Part shown: positions 1 through 12,649 of the stretch, piece by piece
Layout: each line of letters begins with the position of its first letter
How positions within the stretch are numbered: position 1 is the first letter of the stretch
NCBI RefSeq assembly: GCF_035084215.1
Contig: NC_090363.1
Location: 5,146,001-5,210,000 of the forward strand
DNA from: Heptranchias perlo
Taxonomy: Eukaryota
Direction of reading: 5' to 3'
DNA: 64,000 nt
Program-made: the position numbers and the translations under genes
Notes under the pieces: generated by a model
The model's database searches: none
Told to the model about the DNA's origin: nothing
The model's input: the letters and a program-made list of their open reading frames with translations, nothing else

Positions 1-665
1 CAGATGTGTACAGTAAGGCAGGGGGGCTCCTCCTCTCACCCAGATGTGTACAGTGAGGCTGGGGACTCCTCCCCGTCCCTTCAGATGTGTAGAGTGAGGC
101 TGGGGGCTCCTTCCCCTCCCGCAGATGTGTACATTGAGGTCGGGGGGCTCCACCCTTTCTCCCAGATGTGTACAGTGAGGCTGGGGACTCCTCCCCTTCC
201 CCCTGATGTGTACAGTGAGGCTGGGGGCTCCTTCCCCCAGATGTGTACAGTGAGGCTGGGGGCTCCTCCCTGTCCCTTCAGATGTGTACAGTGAGGCTGG
301 GGGTTCCTCCCCTTCCCCCAGATGTGTACAGTGAGGCCGGGGGCTCCTTCCCTCCCCCAGATGTGTACAGTGAGGCCGGGGGCTCCTCCCCTTCCCCCAG
401 GTGTGTACAGTGAGGCTGGGGGCTCCTCCCCTTCCCCCAGATGTGTACAGTGAGGCCGGGGGCTCCTTCCCTCCCCCAGATGTGTACAGTGAGGCCGGGG
501 GCTCCTCCCCTTCCCCCAGGTATGTACAGTGAGGCCGGGGGCTCCTCCCCCTCCCCCAGATGTGTACAGTGAGGCCGGGGGCTCCTCCCCCTCCCCCAGA
601 TGTGTACAGTGAGGCCGGGGGCTCCTCCCCCTCCCCCAGATGTGTACAGTGAGGCTGGGGGCTCC
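1..665. repeat. Minisatellite, ~39-bp unit (CAGATGTGTACAGTGAGGCYGGGGGCTCCTCCCCYTCCCC), intronic
   Basis: About 17 tandem copies visible; the array runs off the left edge. Confidence 0.95.
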
Positions 666-805
666 TTTCCCTTACAGTGGGCACAGTAAGCATGAGGTTC
701 CTCACCCGTGGCTGCATGCAATCACATCGAAACTGGGTGCTCTTGATCCCGCCCCCCCCCCTCAAACCCCATGTTGGTAAATGACCATTTGTGACAGAGA
801 CGGAC

Positions 806-907
806 CTTTCCAGAGGAGGAAATGAGGTCACTGAGGCAGCAGTTCACTTCCTGGATCTTAGCCAATAGAAGACAGGCTCGGTTCTGGTGAGGATCAGTAA
901 GGTAATC
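806..907 (-). CDS. SAPCD-family gene, coding exon 4 (DYLTDPHQNRACLLLAKIQEVNCCLSDLISSSGK); the gene continues beyond the left edge
   Basis: Acceptor cttgttccag|GAT at 907 and donor AAG|gtccgt at 806; 102 bp, phase 0-0. The peptide resembles the SAPCD2 'LLPKVQEVARCLGELL' segment. Confidence 0.85.
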
Positions 908-1237
908 CTGGAACAAGAGGAGAGCAGTGTGAGAAACGAGTGGGTGGGGAAAGTGCTGGTGGGAAACACTGCCACCTGCATCACCCCTACACCTTGGGCC
1001 TAGGGCTCCATGCGGGGGCTCCCAGCCCCTGCAGAACACCCAGCAGCAGTTCCGGCGATGAGCAAGTGGCGGGCAAGGAACCATCCCAATGGGGGACGGG
1101 CAACTTGGGACTCGAGTCGCTGGTTTCTCTGATGTATTAGGTGGAACTCTGTCTCCCAAAGGGCTGTCGATCACTGCCTCTGACACCCTTGGCACAGCCG
1201 GATGGCAGGAATACTGAGGCAGCAACTTGGTCGTTAA

Positions 1238-1479
1238 TATGACATCGTAAGGTCGTTATTACAACATCATAAGGTTGTTATGACATTATAATGTTGTTAT
1301 TATGACACCATAAGGTTGTTATTATGACATCATAAGATCATTATGACATCATATGGCTGTTATTATGACATCATAAGATCATTATGACATCATACGGCTG
1401 TTATTATGACAGCATAAGGTTGTTATTATGACAGCATAAGATTGTTAATGTGACATCATAACATCGATAATATGACATC
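1238..1479. repeat. AT-rich minisatellite, ~19-22-bp unit (GTTATTATGACATCATAAG)
   Basis: Direct tandem copies. Confidence 0.9.
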
Positions 1480-1936
1480 GTTGGTTACATGTGCTGCCCA
1501 CAATGACCGGAAATGTCGGTGTGGGGGGTGGGGAAAGAGGCGGGGCCCTGATGTGATTAGAAATTCAGGCCCAGAATCGACAACAAGATTGCTGGGTGTT
1601 TTTTTCCAAGTGGACACAGTATGAAATTCTCACTGCCCCGTGATACACTGATCTCAAATCCCAATGACGGCAATGAGTTGGTATTTTTGTATCTTCATGC
1701 TCTTCCCTTGGAGGACAGTACGATGTAGTGGCAGGATTCACAGGCTGGTTAACAGTCTGACAGGCCATGATGTGAATGCTCCTTCCTCGGCCGTAACTGT
1801 CTTTATACCATCCCATTGGGCGGTTAGTCCTATACGGCGGGAGGGATTTATGGGCTCCCACAGCCCATACAACGAGAGGAGGGAGACACACACACCGGGC
1901 ATGAGTATCCCGCTGGATGTCAGCCCAAAATTCAGA

Positions 1937-2848
1937 GCCGGAGCTCCGGTCTCCGCGACTGTCTGGAGCTCCGGTCTCCGCTCACCGGGACAGTCTAGAG
2001 CTCCGGTCTCCGCTCACCGGGACAGTCTGGAGCTCCGGTCTCCGCTCACCGGGACAGCCTGGAGCCCCGGTCTCCGCTCACCGGGACAGTCTGGAGCCCC
2101 GGTCTCCGCTCACCGGGACAGTCTGGAGCTCCGGTCTCCGGGACAGTCTGGAGCTCCGGTCTCCGCTCTCCGGGACAGTCTGGAGCTCCGGTCTCTGCTC
2201 TCTGGGACTGTCTGGAGCTCCGGTCTCCGCTCACCAGGACAGTCTGGAGCTCCGGTCTCTGCTCTCTGGAGCTCCGGTCTCCGCTCTCCGGGACAGTCTG
2301 GAGCTCCGGTCTCCGCTCTCCAGGACAGTCTGGAGCTCCGGTCTCCGCTCTCCGGGACAGTCTGGAGCTCCGGTCTCCGCTCTCCGGGACAGTCTGGAGC
2401 TCCGGTCTCTGCTCTCTGGGACTGTCTGGAGCTCCGGTCTCCGCTCACCAGGACAGTCTGGAGCTCCGGTCTCCGCTCTCCGGGACAGTCTGGAGCTCCG
2501 GTCTCTGCTCTCTGGGACTGTCTGGAGCTCCGGTCTCCGCTCACCAGGACAGTCTGGAGCTCCGGTCTCTGCTCTCTGGAGCTCCGGTCTCCGCTCTCCG
2601 GGACAGTCTGGAGCTCCGGTCTCCGCTCTCCAGGACAGTCTGGAACTCCGGTCTCCGCTCTCCGGGACAGTCTGGAGCTCCGGTCTCCGCTCTCCGGGAC
2701 AGTCTGGAGCTCCGGTCTCTGCTCTCTGGGACTGTCTGGAGCTCCGGTCTCCGCTCACCAGGACAGTCTGGAGCTCCGGTCTCCGCTCTCCGGGACAGTC
2801 TGGAGCTCCGGTCTCCGCTCTCCGGGACAGTCTGGAGCTCCGGTCTCT
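1937..2848. repeat. GC-rich minisatellite, ~32-bp unit (CTGGAGCTCCGGTCTCCGCTCWCCGGGACAGT)
   Basis: Tandem copies with deletion variants; explains the stacked ORFs at 1664-3038. It abuts a minus-strand SINE head at ~2845-2916. Confidence 0.95.
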
Positions 2849-3063
2849 GAAGTAGGGATTTGAACCCTGCACCTTCTGACTCAGAGGCACGAATGTTAAC
2901 CACTGAGCCAAAGGCTGGTTCCACTAATAGTGACTGAAGCCAAGCGACTAGGCACTGCATGAAATGGTACAGAGGCAGCTGGAGTGGGGTAGAGGGCGGA
3001 GGGGAGAGGCTTCCCTCTGTCCAGCTGTCAGGCGGCACTAGCTATGCCCATCCCATAACTCAC

Positions 3064-3210
3064 CTTGTTTCCGAAGCCCTGCCTGATGTGCTTCTGTCTC
3101 TGGTGCACGCCGTGGATCTGCTGGTGGTACCAGTCCCGTGCCCGCTCCACCATCTCCAGCCCGTGCAGGAGGGCATCGCGCTCTCTCTCCAGCTCTTTCA
3201 TCTGCTTCAA
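3064..3210 (-). CDS. SAPCD-family gene, coding exon 3 (LKQMKELERERDALLHGLEMVERARDWYHQQI...; Suppressor_APC domain)
   Basis: Acceptor ctcctcccag|TTG at 3210 and donor AAG|gtgagt at 3064; 147 bp, phase 0-0. Matches the SAPCD signature LKQMKELEQEKEVLLQGLEM..R.RDWY.QQ. Confidence 0.93.
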
Positions 3211-3544
3211 CTGGGAGGAGACAAAGGAAAAGAAAAGCACTGAATAATTCAGGCAGCTACCCCTGATGTGGAGAACGTGGGGCTGATTTATCCAGGCACG
3301 GAGCCTCGCCCACCGGGAGCACATATCAGGAGAATGAACGGGGAGTGTGCCTGCTGTCGCCTGATATACAGTCCCACCAGGAAGTCAGCCCTTATAAGCA
3401 AACATGGCATGTTATGTTGTAATTTCTTCTATTTATGAATGAAGAGGCTCCCAAGAGCTAAATGAATGATACAGAAAGAAAGAACTTGCAATTATATCAC
3501 AACCTCAGGATGTCCCAAAGTGCTTTACAGCCAATGAAGTTTAA

Positions 3545-3965
3545 ACAAGGGTTAGATTATGAGGAGAGATTACATAAACTAGGCTTGAATTCCCTGGAAT
3601 AAAGGGGTGATTTGACTGAGGTTTTTAGGATTTTTGAAAGGAATTGAGAGGGTAGATAGAGAGAAATTATTTCCTCTGGTGGGGGAGTCTAGGACAAGGG
3701 GGCATTATCTCAAAATCAGAGCCAGGCCATTGGGGAGAGACGTTAGGAAGCATTTCTTCACACAAAGGGCGGTGGAAGTGTGGAACTCACTCCCATAAAA
3801 AGCTCAATTAATAATTTTAAATCTGAGATTGATAGATTTTTGCAAGCCAAGGGTATTAAGGGATTTGGAGCCAAGGTGGGTGGATGGAGTTAGGATACAG
3901 ATCAACCATGATCCCACTGAATGGCAGAACAGGCTCGAGGGGCTGAATGGCCTACTGCCGTTCCT
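3545..3965 (+). mobile_element. CR1 LINE 3' fragment, inserted in a SINE tail
   Basis: Degenerate ORF2 C-terminus plus the terminal GGGGCTGAATGGCCTACT motif. Similar fragments lie at ~5130-5340, 5505-5970, 27800-28060 and 43700-44070. Confidence 0.8.
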
Positions 3966-4609
3966 ATGAAGTATTTTTTGAAATGTCGTCACGGGGGCAA
4001 GCCGCCAGTCCGGATTCGAAGCGGGTACTGAGCTTTTAATGATCAGCGGGCGCTAAGGGTAGAAAACTGGGAATGGCACTAAAGTCGTCGGGGGAATTGC
4101 AATGACCGGTTTACTGACCCATTTAACGCCAGCATCCAGGGGCCTTCACAGTGGAACATAAACTGCATGGGGGTCTTACACGAAGACGCTGCCAGGCAAG
4201 GATATGCCTCTTTTCGGAGATCACCTGCAATTGTCTCTGTAACTGCACTATAACCTTAGCCACCTGAGGGCGACAGTCCCGTACAGTGGAAGAAAGCTGG
4301 CACATCTGCAGCAGATGTGACGATCACCAATTGAGGGAAAAGGTGCGGGTTTCAATATAATTCACTACTTATCCAGTTCCCAACGTCGTTCTTGCCTCCG
4401 TAAGTGTTAAGGTTCAGCCGCTGGATGTCAAAACTGCTGAATGAGGCAGAGTTTCCCCCTCAGTGCCTAGCTGGAGGAACTCAGTGACAACACTTCAAAA
4501 GTACTTCATTGGCCATAAAGCGCTTTGGGACATCCTGAGGTTGTGAAAGGCGCTATATAAATGCAAGTTCTTACTTTCTTTTCCACGTCTCTCCTTGCTC
4601 ACTCTGTGG

Positions 4610-5070
4610 TGTCAGCCACGGCTCAGTGGGTAGCGCCCTCGGCTCTGAGTCAGAAGGTCTTGGTTGTAGTCCCACTCCAGAGACTCGAGCACGTAATCCA
4701 GGCTGACACACTCCCTGAGGGAGCGCTGCACTGTCGGAGGCGTCGTCTTTCAGATGAGATGTTAAACTGAGGCCCCCCGTCTACCCTCCCAGGTAAATGG
4801 AAAAGAACCCATAGAATTATTCGAAGAAGAGCAGGGGGAGTTCCCCCTGGTGTCCTGGTCAACATTTATCCCTCAACCAAAAATCACTAAAACAGATCAT
4901 TTGGTCATTATCACGTTGCTGTTTGTGGGATCTTGCTGTGCGCAAATTGGCTGCCACGATTCCTACATTACAACAGTGACTACGCTTCAAAAAGTACTTC
5001 ATTGGCTGTAAAGCAGCCTGAGGTCATGAAACCGCTATATAAATTCAGGTTCGTTCATTCGTTCTTTCTT
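4610..5070 (+). mobile_element. Near full-length Deu-domain tRNA-derived SINE (SacSINE1-like)
   Basis: A-box TGGCTCAGTGG-like head, central GATGAGAYGTTAAAC...GGCCCC...AAAGATCCC domain, and L2-like tail GCTATATAAAT. Confidence 0.8.
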
Positions 5071-6669
5071 AGTGATCAGGAGTAGGAACCCCGGCTGATT
5101 TTCTCCCTCCCATGTCTGGGTGTGAGGGGAATGGAAATCTGGAACTCTCTCCTCCAAAAAGGCTGCGAATGCGGAATGATTTGAAATTTCAATACTGAGG
5201 TCGATAGATTTTTGTTAGGCAAGGTTATTAAGGGTTACGGAACCAAGGTGGGAAGACGGAGTTAAGATACAGATAGCCATGATCTAGTAGAATGGTGGAA
5301 CGGGCTCGAGGGGCTGAATGGCCTGAACCTGTTCCTGTCTTCATATCTTTGTTTCACACTGACCACAGATTGAACCAGGAGCCTTCCTGGTCTTTATAGC
5401 TCAGTCCCACTGGGTAAGACCCAGGTGTATTCTGGCCCCCTCACCTGGGCTGAGTGTTGGTCCGTTCAGTCCATCGTTCCAAGTCCATCATTTCAGAATG
5501 ATATCGGGGCTTAGAGGGTTGGATTATGAGGACGGGTTGCGTAAACTTGGCTTTGAATTCCCTTGAGTTTAGAAGATTGAGGGGGTGACCTGATCAAGGT
5601 GTTTAAAATGTCAAAAGGATTCGATAAGGTAAATAGAGAGAAACTATTTCCTCTGGTGGGGAAATCATGAACGAGGGGGACACAATCTTAAAATTAGAGC
5701 TGAGCCATTTAGGACAGATGTCAGGAAGCACTTTTTCACAGAAAGGGTAGTAGAAATCTGGAACTCTTCCCCCCCCCCCCTGCCAAAAGGCTGTGGATGC
5801 TGGGGGTCCACTGCAGTTTTCAAGACTGAGATTGATAGTTCTTTGTTATGTAGGGATATCAAGGGATATGGAGATAAGGTGGGTAAATGGTCACAGGTGC
5901 AGATCAGCCATGATCTAATTGAATGGCGGAACAGGCTCGAGGGGCTGAATGGCCTCCTCCTGTTCTTATGTCCCCAAGCCCCAACACACACACACACAAA
6001 AAAATCAGGGCCAAGTGCCAGTCAACCAATTGCCAGCTCTGGAAGCTTTTAAACAAACTTAAATATTAATTGCAATGCTTTGGGGTTCTGACATACTGAG
6101 CATGGCTCTCGTCTCCATGGCAACCTTCATCCTAATGATCTCTGTAAATCTGAGGCCTCCCAAATCCCACAGGCCGAGCTTGTGTCGGTGACAAATTGCT
6201 GTTGCTCTTTTATCTTTGAATCAGTTCCTTGCTTTGTTTGGGAATCGTTCGGTTCTGTTGAGATTCTGATAATGTCCTTGCGTTGCACCTGTCACCGAGT
6301 CTCTGGCCCTGCTCCCACCGGACTCAATTAGACTCGGCATGACGAACTGGAATGAATGGTCCTGCTCACGGGACGCCCCGTCCAGAATTCCCTTCTGGCA
6401 TCGCATGCAGACACCGCGCCCCGTTTACGAGTGGGCTCCAGAGGCCTGGAGGGATTTGGTGGGCTGTCACCGCAGGGAGGTCCTGTTGTCACTGGAGTTC
6501 TCTGCCTTGGGCCGTTTCCAATCCGTGTTCACACTGTTCAATGATTTCATTAACCCTTCACTGGCACAGGCCTGCTACAGTGTGAGGAACATGGTCTCAG
6601 GGTTCCAGGTGGGGGTTCAGGAGATGGAGGAAAGCTCAAGAGAGATGGGGGGGGGGCCTTAGGATAACA

Positions 6670-7225
6670 GGGGGAAAGCAGGGTGACACGGGGAGAGCAG
6701 GGTGACACGGGGAGAGCAGGGTGACACGGGGAGAGCAGGGTGACACGGGGAGAGCAGGGTGACGGGGGGAGAGCAGGGTGACGGGGGGAGAGCAGGGCGA
6801 CGGGGGGAGAGCTGGGCGACGCGGGGAAGAGCAGGGCGACGGGGGGAGAGCAGGGCGACGGGGGGAGAGCAGGGCGACGGGGGCAGAGCAGGGCGACGGG
6901 GGCAGAGCAGGGCGACGGGGGGAGAGCAGGGCGACGGGGGGAGAGCAGGGCGACGGGGGGAGAGCAGGGCGACGGGGGGAGAGCAGGGCGACGGGGGGAG
7001 AGCTGGGCGACGGGGGGAGAGCAGGGCGACGGGGGGAGAGCAGGGCGACGGGGGGAGAGCAGGGCGACGCGGGGAGAGCAGGGCGACGCGGGGAGAGCAG
7101 GGCGACGCGGGGAGAGCAGGGCGACGCAGGGAGAGCAGGGCAATGGGGGGACAGCGAGTTAACGTGGGAAGAGCAGAGTAACGGGGGAGAGCAGGGGGGA
7201 GCAGGGTGGCGGGGGGAGAGCAGGG
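6670..7225. repeat. G-rich minisatellite, 17-18-bp unit (GGGGGAGAGCAGGGCGAC)
   Basis: About 28 tandem copies starting ~80 bp downstream of the exon 2 donor (minus strand). Confidence 0.95.
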
Positions 7226-7301
7226 TCCCGATTTGCTCTCCGTTAATCCGGTACAGTCGACCCCTCCCCCCCACCCAGGGATCTGGCTCAGTCGGACTTA
7301 C

Positions 7302-7435
7302 CGCGTCGTAATCGATGCCGTTGGTTATCGTGTGGCGTCTGGGTTCATTGCGTCCCCGGCTGCTCCTGTGCTGGGCCGCCCGGGCGATGGAAGTGGTGAT
7401 GCTCTGGGAGCGGCCAATTCCCGTCACCTCCCGGT
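7302..7435 (-). CDS. SAPCD-family gene, coding exon 2 (...GIGRSQSITTSIARAAQHRSSRGRNEPRRHTITNGIDYDA)
   Basis: Acceptor ttttcccttccgaggcag|AC at 7435 (phase 1, matching exon 1) and donor GCG|gtaagt at 7302 (phase 0). Contains the conserved EPRRHTITNG.D motif. Confidence 0.88.
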
Positions 7436-7554
7436 CTGCCTCGGAAGGGAAAAGCGGTGGTTAAAGGGGAGAAGGGAACGGCTGTGACTGAAATCACTGG
7501 GTGAGCCGCCAGCTTCTTACAAACACCAAGAAATGGCTAAGAGAGGCCACAGCA

Positions 7555-7850
7555 AGATCTCTGCGCTCCTCCAATTCTGGCCTCTTGCGCATCCTCAGTT
7601 TTCATCGCTGCACCATTGGCGGCCGTGCCTTCAGCTGCCTGGGCCCTAAGCTCTGGAACTCCCTCCCTAAACCTCTCCACCTCTCTCTCCTCCTTTAAGA
7701 CACTCCTTAAAACCTACTTCTTTGACCAAGCTTTTGGTCACCTGCCCTAATATCTCATGTGGCTCGGTGTCAAACTGTGTCTGATAATCGTTCCTGTGCA
7801 GCACCTTGGGGACGTTTTACTATGCTAAAGCAACTATATAAATGCAAGTT
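7555..7850 (+). mobile_element. L2-clade LINE 3' fragment
   Basis: Encodes RSLRSSNSGLL...GGRAFSCLGPKLWNSLP and ends in CTATATAAATGCAAGT. Related copies: 13950-14290(-), 14530-14990(+), 16095-16410(+), 24975-25195(-), 28135-28620(-), 35845-36210(-). Confidence 0.85.
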
Positions 7851-7880
7851 AGTGTTATCTCAATCCATATGTGGCTCAGT

Positions 7881-7916
<36 letters not shown>

Positions 7917-8906
7917 GTCAAAATCTAAAAGGACACTCCCAGTGCAGCGCTGAGGGAGCCTATCCCTAACACCACCAATCCCATTCCTGATATCTATCCA
8001 TCTGTTCACTCATTAGGTTTCTTGTGTGAGTTTTGTGCTCAAACTGATGACCGATGTTATTCCCGAGAAAGATTAGGTACAAAGTAAAGCTCCATCATCT
8101 GCACTGTCCCCTCAAACGCTCGCAGGTCAGGTACTGCATGGGTTAGATACAGAGTAAAGCTCCCTCTTCAGTGTGTCCCATCAAACACTCCCAGGACTGA
8201 TACCAGTAGAGACAGTTCTGTTCTGAGTCCGTGCCCACTGCCCATTGTGTTGAGATGGCCTTAAACTCATGACATATTGAACCACTACAGCCAGCAGAAA
8301 GAGAGAGGGGCCTTTTATTCCATCAGACTGACCATCTGACCCTCCATCCAGCTCCCCTTTGAACAGATTAATTGATTCAACTGCTTTTGAGGCATCGTTA
8401 CCTCTACCCATTAGGAGACTTGATATCTGTCCTGATCGCAATTCTTATTAAAGCGTGTGTCAATTTTCAGTTCACCGTACTTTTTTCAGCCAGATATGAT
8501 CAGTGACGCAAATCGTGTGACAGGCGATGTCATTCGCTTACTCTGAAATGATCTGCAGTGAGGGGCAGTGCCCCTTTATTTGCTTCTTTTCCTCCCGTTC
8601 AACGAGAGCAACTATTAAAATGTGGGATGGTGCCACTTTAAATGTGACGAGGCGGCCAGCTGATTGGCAGCTGCACATTTCCTTTCCTAATCCCACTGAT
8701 GGAAGAGTTCGGCCTCGTCTGCTCCCTGGGGACAGATCCACAGCTGATGGGCACAAGTGACAGCACTCTGCTCGACCCCAGATCCTGCCTCAATCAAAAA
8801 GCCCTGTCAGCGTGGCAGTCTCTGTAAACGGGATGGGAGGTGGTGATGGTGCTCAGTCACAAACCCTTGTCAATCTTTTCAACTTTACTGTGATGAAGAA
8901 AATCGT

Positions 8907-9745
8907 TCTGGGACTGGATGGTGCAGTGGGTCAGACACTGTCCTCTTCCCCTCTGGGACTGGGTGGTGCAGTGGGTCAGACACTGTCCTTTCCCCCTCTG
9001 GGACTGGGTGGTGCAGTGGGTCAGACACTGTCCTTTTCCCCTCTGGGACTGGGTGGTGCAGTGGGTCAGACACTGTCCTTTCCCCCTCTGGGACTGGGTG
9101 GTACAGTGGGTCACACACTGTCCTTTCCCCCTCTGGGACTGGGTGGTACAGTGGGTCAGGCACTGTCCTTTCCCCCTCTGGGACTGGGTGGTACAGTGGG
9201 TCAGACACTGTCCTCTCCCCCTCTGGGACTGGGTGGTGCAGTGGGTCAGACACTGTCCTTTCCCCCTCTGGCACTGGGTGGTGCAGTGGGTCAGACACTG
9301 TCCTTTCCCCCTCTGGCACTGGGTGGTACAGTGGGTCAGACACTGTCCTTTCCCCCTCTGGGACTGGGTGGTGCAGTGGGTCAGACACTGTCCTTTTCCC
9401 CTCTGGGACTGGGTGGTGCAGTGGGTCAGACACTGTCCTTTCCCCCTCTGGGACTGGGTGGTACAGTGGGTCACACACTGTCCTTTCCCCCTCTGGGACT
9501 GGGTGGTACAGTGGGTCAGGCACTGTCCTTTCCCCCTCTGGGACTGGGTGGTACAGTGGGTCAGACACTGTCCTCTCCCCCTCTGGGACTGGGTGGTGCA
9601 GTGGGTCAGACACTGTCCTTTCCCCCTCTGGCACTGGGTGGTGCAGTGGGTCAGACACTGTCCTTTCCCCCTCTGGCACTGGGTGGTACAGTGGGTCAGA
9701 CACTGTCCTTTCCCCCTCTGGCACTGGGTGGTGCAGTGGGTCAGA
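8907..9745 (+). repeat. 45-bp tandem array 1 (CTGGGACTGGGTGGTRCAGTGGGTCAGACACTGTCCTTTCCCCCT) with a 360-bp higher-order duplication
   Basis: About 18 units; 9001-9360 is repeated exactly at 9361-9720. Confidence 0.97.
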
Positions 9746-10189
9746 CTCTGTATTTCAGCCTGGACTGGGTTTGAATCCTGTCTAGATACGAACAATGTGC
9801 CAAGGTGCGGAGGTAGTTAAATTTCTCCATCTGTCGCTTGTGTTCTTTCCGTGTGCAATGGGAGGTTGTGGATCAGGCTGCCTCAATCAAAACTCACTCC
9901 GATTAAACATTTGGAAAAACCACAAGTCGAGGATAACAAATAACAGACAGATGTGAAATGTGATTGAGGGACGGAAAGCAGCCATGGGCAGCTGGGACTG
10001 GCTGCAGCTGATTAAACATGGGCTGAAATGAGAGCCTGCAGACCGTGGGTTGTCCCATCAGAAAGCCCTCGACCCCTGGCCCCTCAGCATCTGGGACACG
10101 GGGCAGAAACTTGGTGAAAAATAAAATGTTGATGATTGCAACAAAAAGTGAAAAATACAATTCAGTCACATGGCAAAGATCCGCTCCCC

Positions 10190-10885
10190 ACCCTGTCCCT
10201 GAGCGATTAACACTCCGAAAACCCCAACCCAGTCCCTGAATGATTAACCCTCCGATTACCCCCAACCCAGTCTCTTAATGATTAACCCTCCGATTATCCC
10301 CCACCCTGTCCCTGAGCGATTAACACTCCGAAAACCTCAACCCAGTCTCTTAACGATTAACCCTCCGATTACCCCAACCCAGTCCCTGAGCGATTAACCC
10401 TCGGATTACCCCCAACCCAGTCCCTGAATGATTAACCCTCCGATTATCCCCAACCCAGTCCCTGAGCGATTAACCCTCGGATTACCCCCAACCCAGTCCC
10501 TGAATGATTAACCCTCCGATTACCCCCAACCCTGTCCCTGAGTGATTAACCCTCCGATTACCTCCAACCCAGTCTCTTAACAATTAACCCTCCGATTATC
10601 CCCAACCCAGTCCCTGAGCGATTAACCCTTCGATTACCCCAACCCAGTCTCTTAACAATTAACCCTCGGATTACCCCCAACCCAGTCCCTGAATGATTAA
10701 CCCTCCGATTACCCTCAACCCTGTCCCTGAGCGATTAACCCTTCGATTACCCCAACCCAGTCTCTTAACAATTAACCCTCCGATTACCCCCAACCCATCT
10801 ACTGAATGATTAACCCTCCGATTACCCCAACCCCATCTCTGAGCGATTAACCCTCCGATTACCTCCACCCACAAGGATTAACCCT
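10190..10885. repeat. Minisatellite, ~37-38-bp unit (GATTAACCCTCCGATTACCCCCAACCCAGTCCCTGAGC)
   Basis: Tandem copies. Confidence 0.93.
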
Positions 10886-12379
10886 TGAGCCACCTGCACC
10901 AATGAGAATAATTAATCCTGTCAGCCACCTATCCCCTCCAGGTAGCATTGACTCTTTACGATATTATTGAAAAGAATTCCTGTGATTGAGCGTTGCGATC
11001 GCTAACGATATTGATATCCTGTATGAAAATAACGGTGTCCCTTACAAGATGTGTTATTTCAACCATCACACCTGTACGTGCCTGAAATGTGGAGGTTTTT
11101 TTTTAACTGTTTTAGTTTTATGAAATCAAATTAACAATCTCAAAAAGAGGTAGATGGGAGATAGATATAAATTATTTTATATGTGTGTGTGTGTGGGTAT
11201 ATTCCATCTCATGGAATACACACACACAAGATGATTCAGCCAAGAGAAGTAGAAATGTTTCACTAACAGCTCCGTCTTCCGGGACCCGGAAAGACTGGAA
11301 GAAAATTGCACAGGGGAAAATCACAGACACTCTCTGGCATGTTTCAGCGAGCTTGGGTCAATCTGCCTTTGATCATATTTACAAACACACACACACACAC
11401 ACACACACATGCAGACGGCCCCTCTGGTGAGCGGCTGGGAGAATGCTGAGGATTCGGGCCAGCCCCGACCATCCTTGTATCACGGGCAACGGATGCAACA
11501 GGGGAACGCGGAAGGTCGGTGTGAGTCTAATAAAACCTGTGCTGGCTTCTGCGTAAGTACGTTGTGCACAAACCCTCTGAACCGGACAACAACAACTTGC
11601 ATTCATACAGTGCCTTTAACATAGTAAAATGTCCCCAAGGCTCTTCACGGGAGCGATTATCAGACAAAATTTGACACCGAGACACATAAGGATTTATTCA
11701 GCCCTCCCTCACCTTGGCTAAATGGTCTTTCTTCACATGCGAACCTGGACAGCGAACGTCAACAGGGATAATTGACCATGGCAGGATGCTCAACAGAACC
11801 TCATCTCAAATCCATGAATGGGAGTTTCCGGAAACGACACTCAACCAGGAGTGGCAGCCCGAGCTCATGTCATCCTTCTGTAGCCCAAGGTCACTAAGGG
11901 CAACTGGGCCCCATCCATCGCCTCAATTGAGAGCAGCGAACTCGGCAAAGGTCGGGGGTGGGGGGGTCAACCCTGGGAGCGTCCGGCTCTGTGAGGCCGC
12001 AGCATCACGTCGAGCCGCGAGTTTACCAACCGAACCTCCGAGAAAGCTGGAGCAGGTTTTATTATACGGCCTGTCCCGAGGGAGTGCCAATTTAAGCCAG
12101 GGCCAGGATTTGATGACAGCCCAGGAAAAGACCCGACAACAGTCAATTATATTCAATCATTGCTGCTCTCACAAGGCTCCCTGACCCATCGGGCGGATCA
12201 ATCACTTTTCAATCAATAACTGTCATCACTCATCGATTCAGCAGAGAACAGAAAAGTTTCCCTTGGTCGTCGGGATTTCACCAGGACAAATACTCACCCG
12301 AACCGTTCTCCCCAGCTCTGCTCGCCAATCACCCGCTTCCCCAATGCAGGGTAATTAAAAAAAAGATAGAAAGACTTCA

Positions 12380-12620
12380 TGGAATGATACATCGCAGAAG
12401 GAGGCCATTCGGCCCATCCTGCCTGTGCCGGCTCTTTGAAAGAGCTATCCAATTAGTCCCACCCCCCTGCATTTTTCCCCCATAGCCCTGCACATTTCTC
12501 CTTTTCAAGTATTTACCCAGTTCCCTTTTGAAAGTTATTATTGAATGTGTTTCCACCACCCTTTCAGGCAGCGCATTCCAGATCATAACAACTCCCTGCG
12601 CAAAAAAAGTTCTCCTCATC
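12380..12620 (-). mobile_element. CR1 LINE 3' fragment
   Basis: Peptide FF.Q.VVMIWNALPERVVE..SIITFK.EL.KYLK. Related copies: 13370-13655(-), 42885-43160(-), 45360-45660(+), 45950-46345(+), 63180-63350(-). Confidence 0.85.
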
Positions 12621-12649
12621 TTTTCTCCTCCCCATTTATATAATGCCTT

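Noticed and set aside
1664-3038. Stacked 144-399 aa ORFs
   Set aside because: Translations of the 32-bp minisatellite.
8812-9820. Long ORFs in several frames (also 21430-22908 and 38778-40243), including a Cys/His-periodic one resembling a zinc-finger protein
   Set aside because: Artefact of a 45-bp (15-codon) stop-poor unit; open on both strands and intronic or intergenic.
10190-10885. Telomere-like TAACCC motifs
   Set aside because: Single TTAACCC words inside a ~37-bp unit, not (CCCTAA)n tracts.
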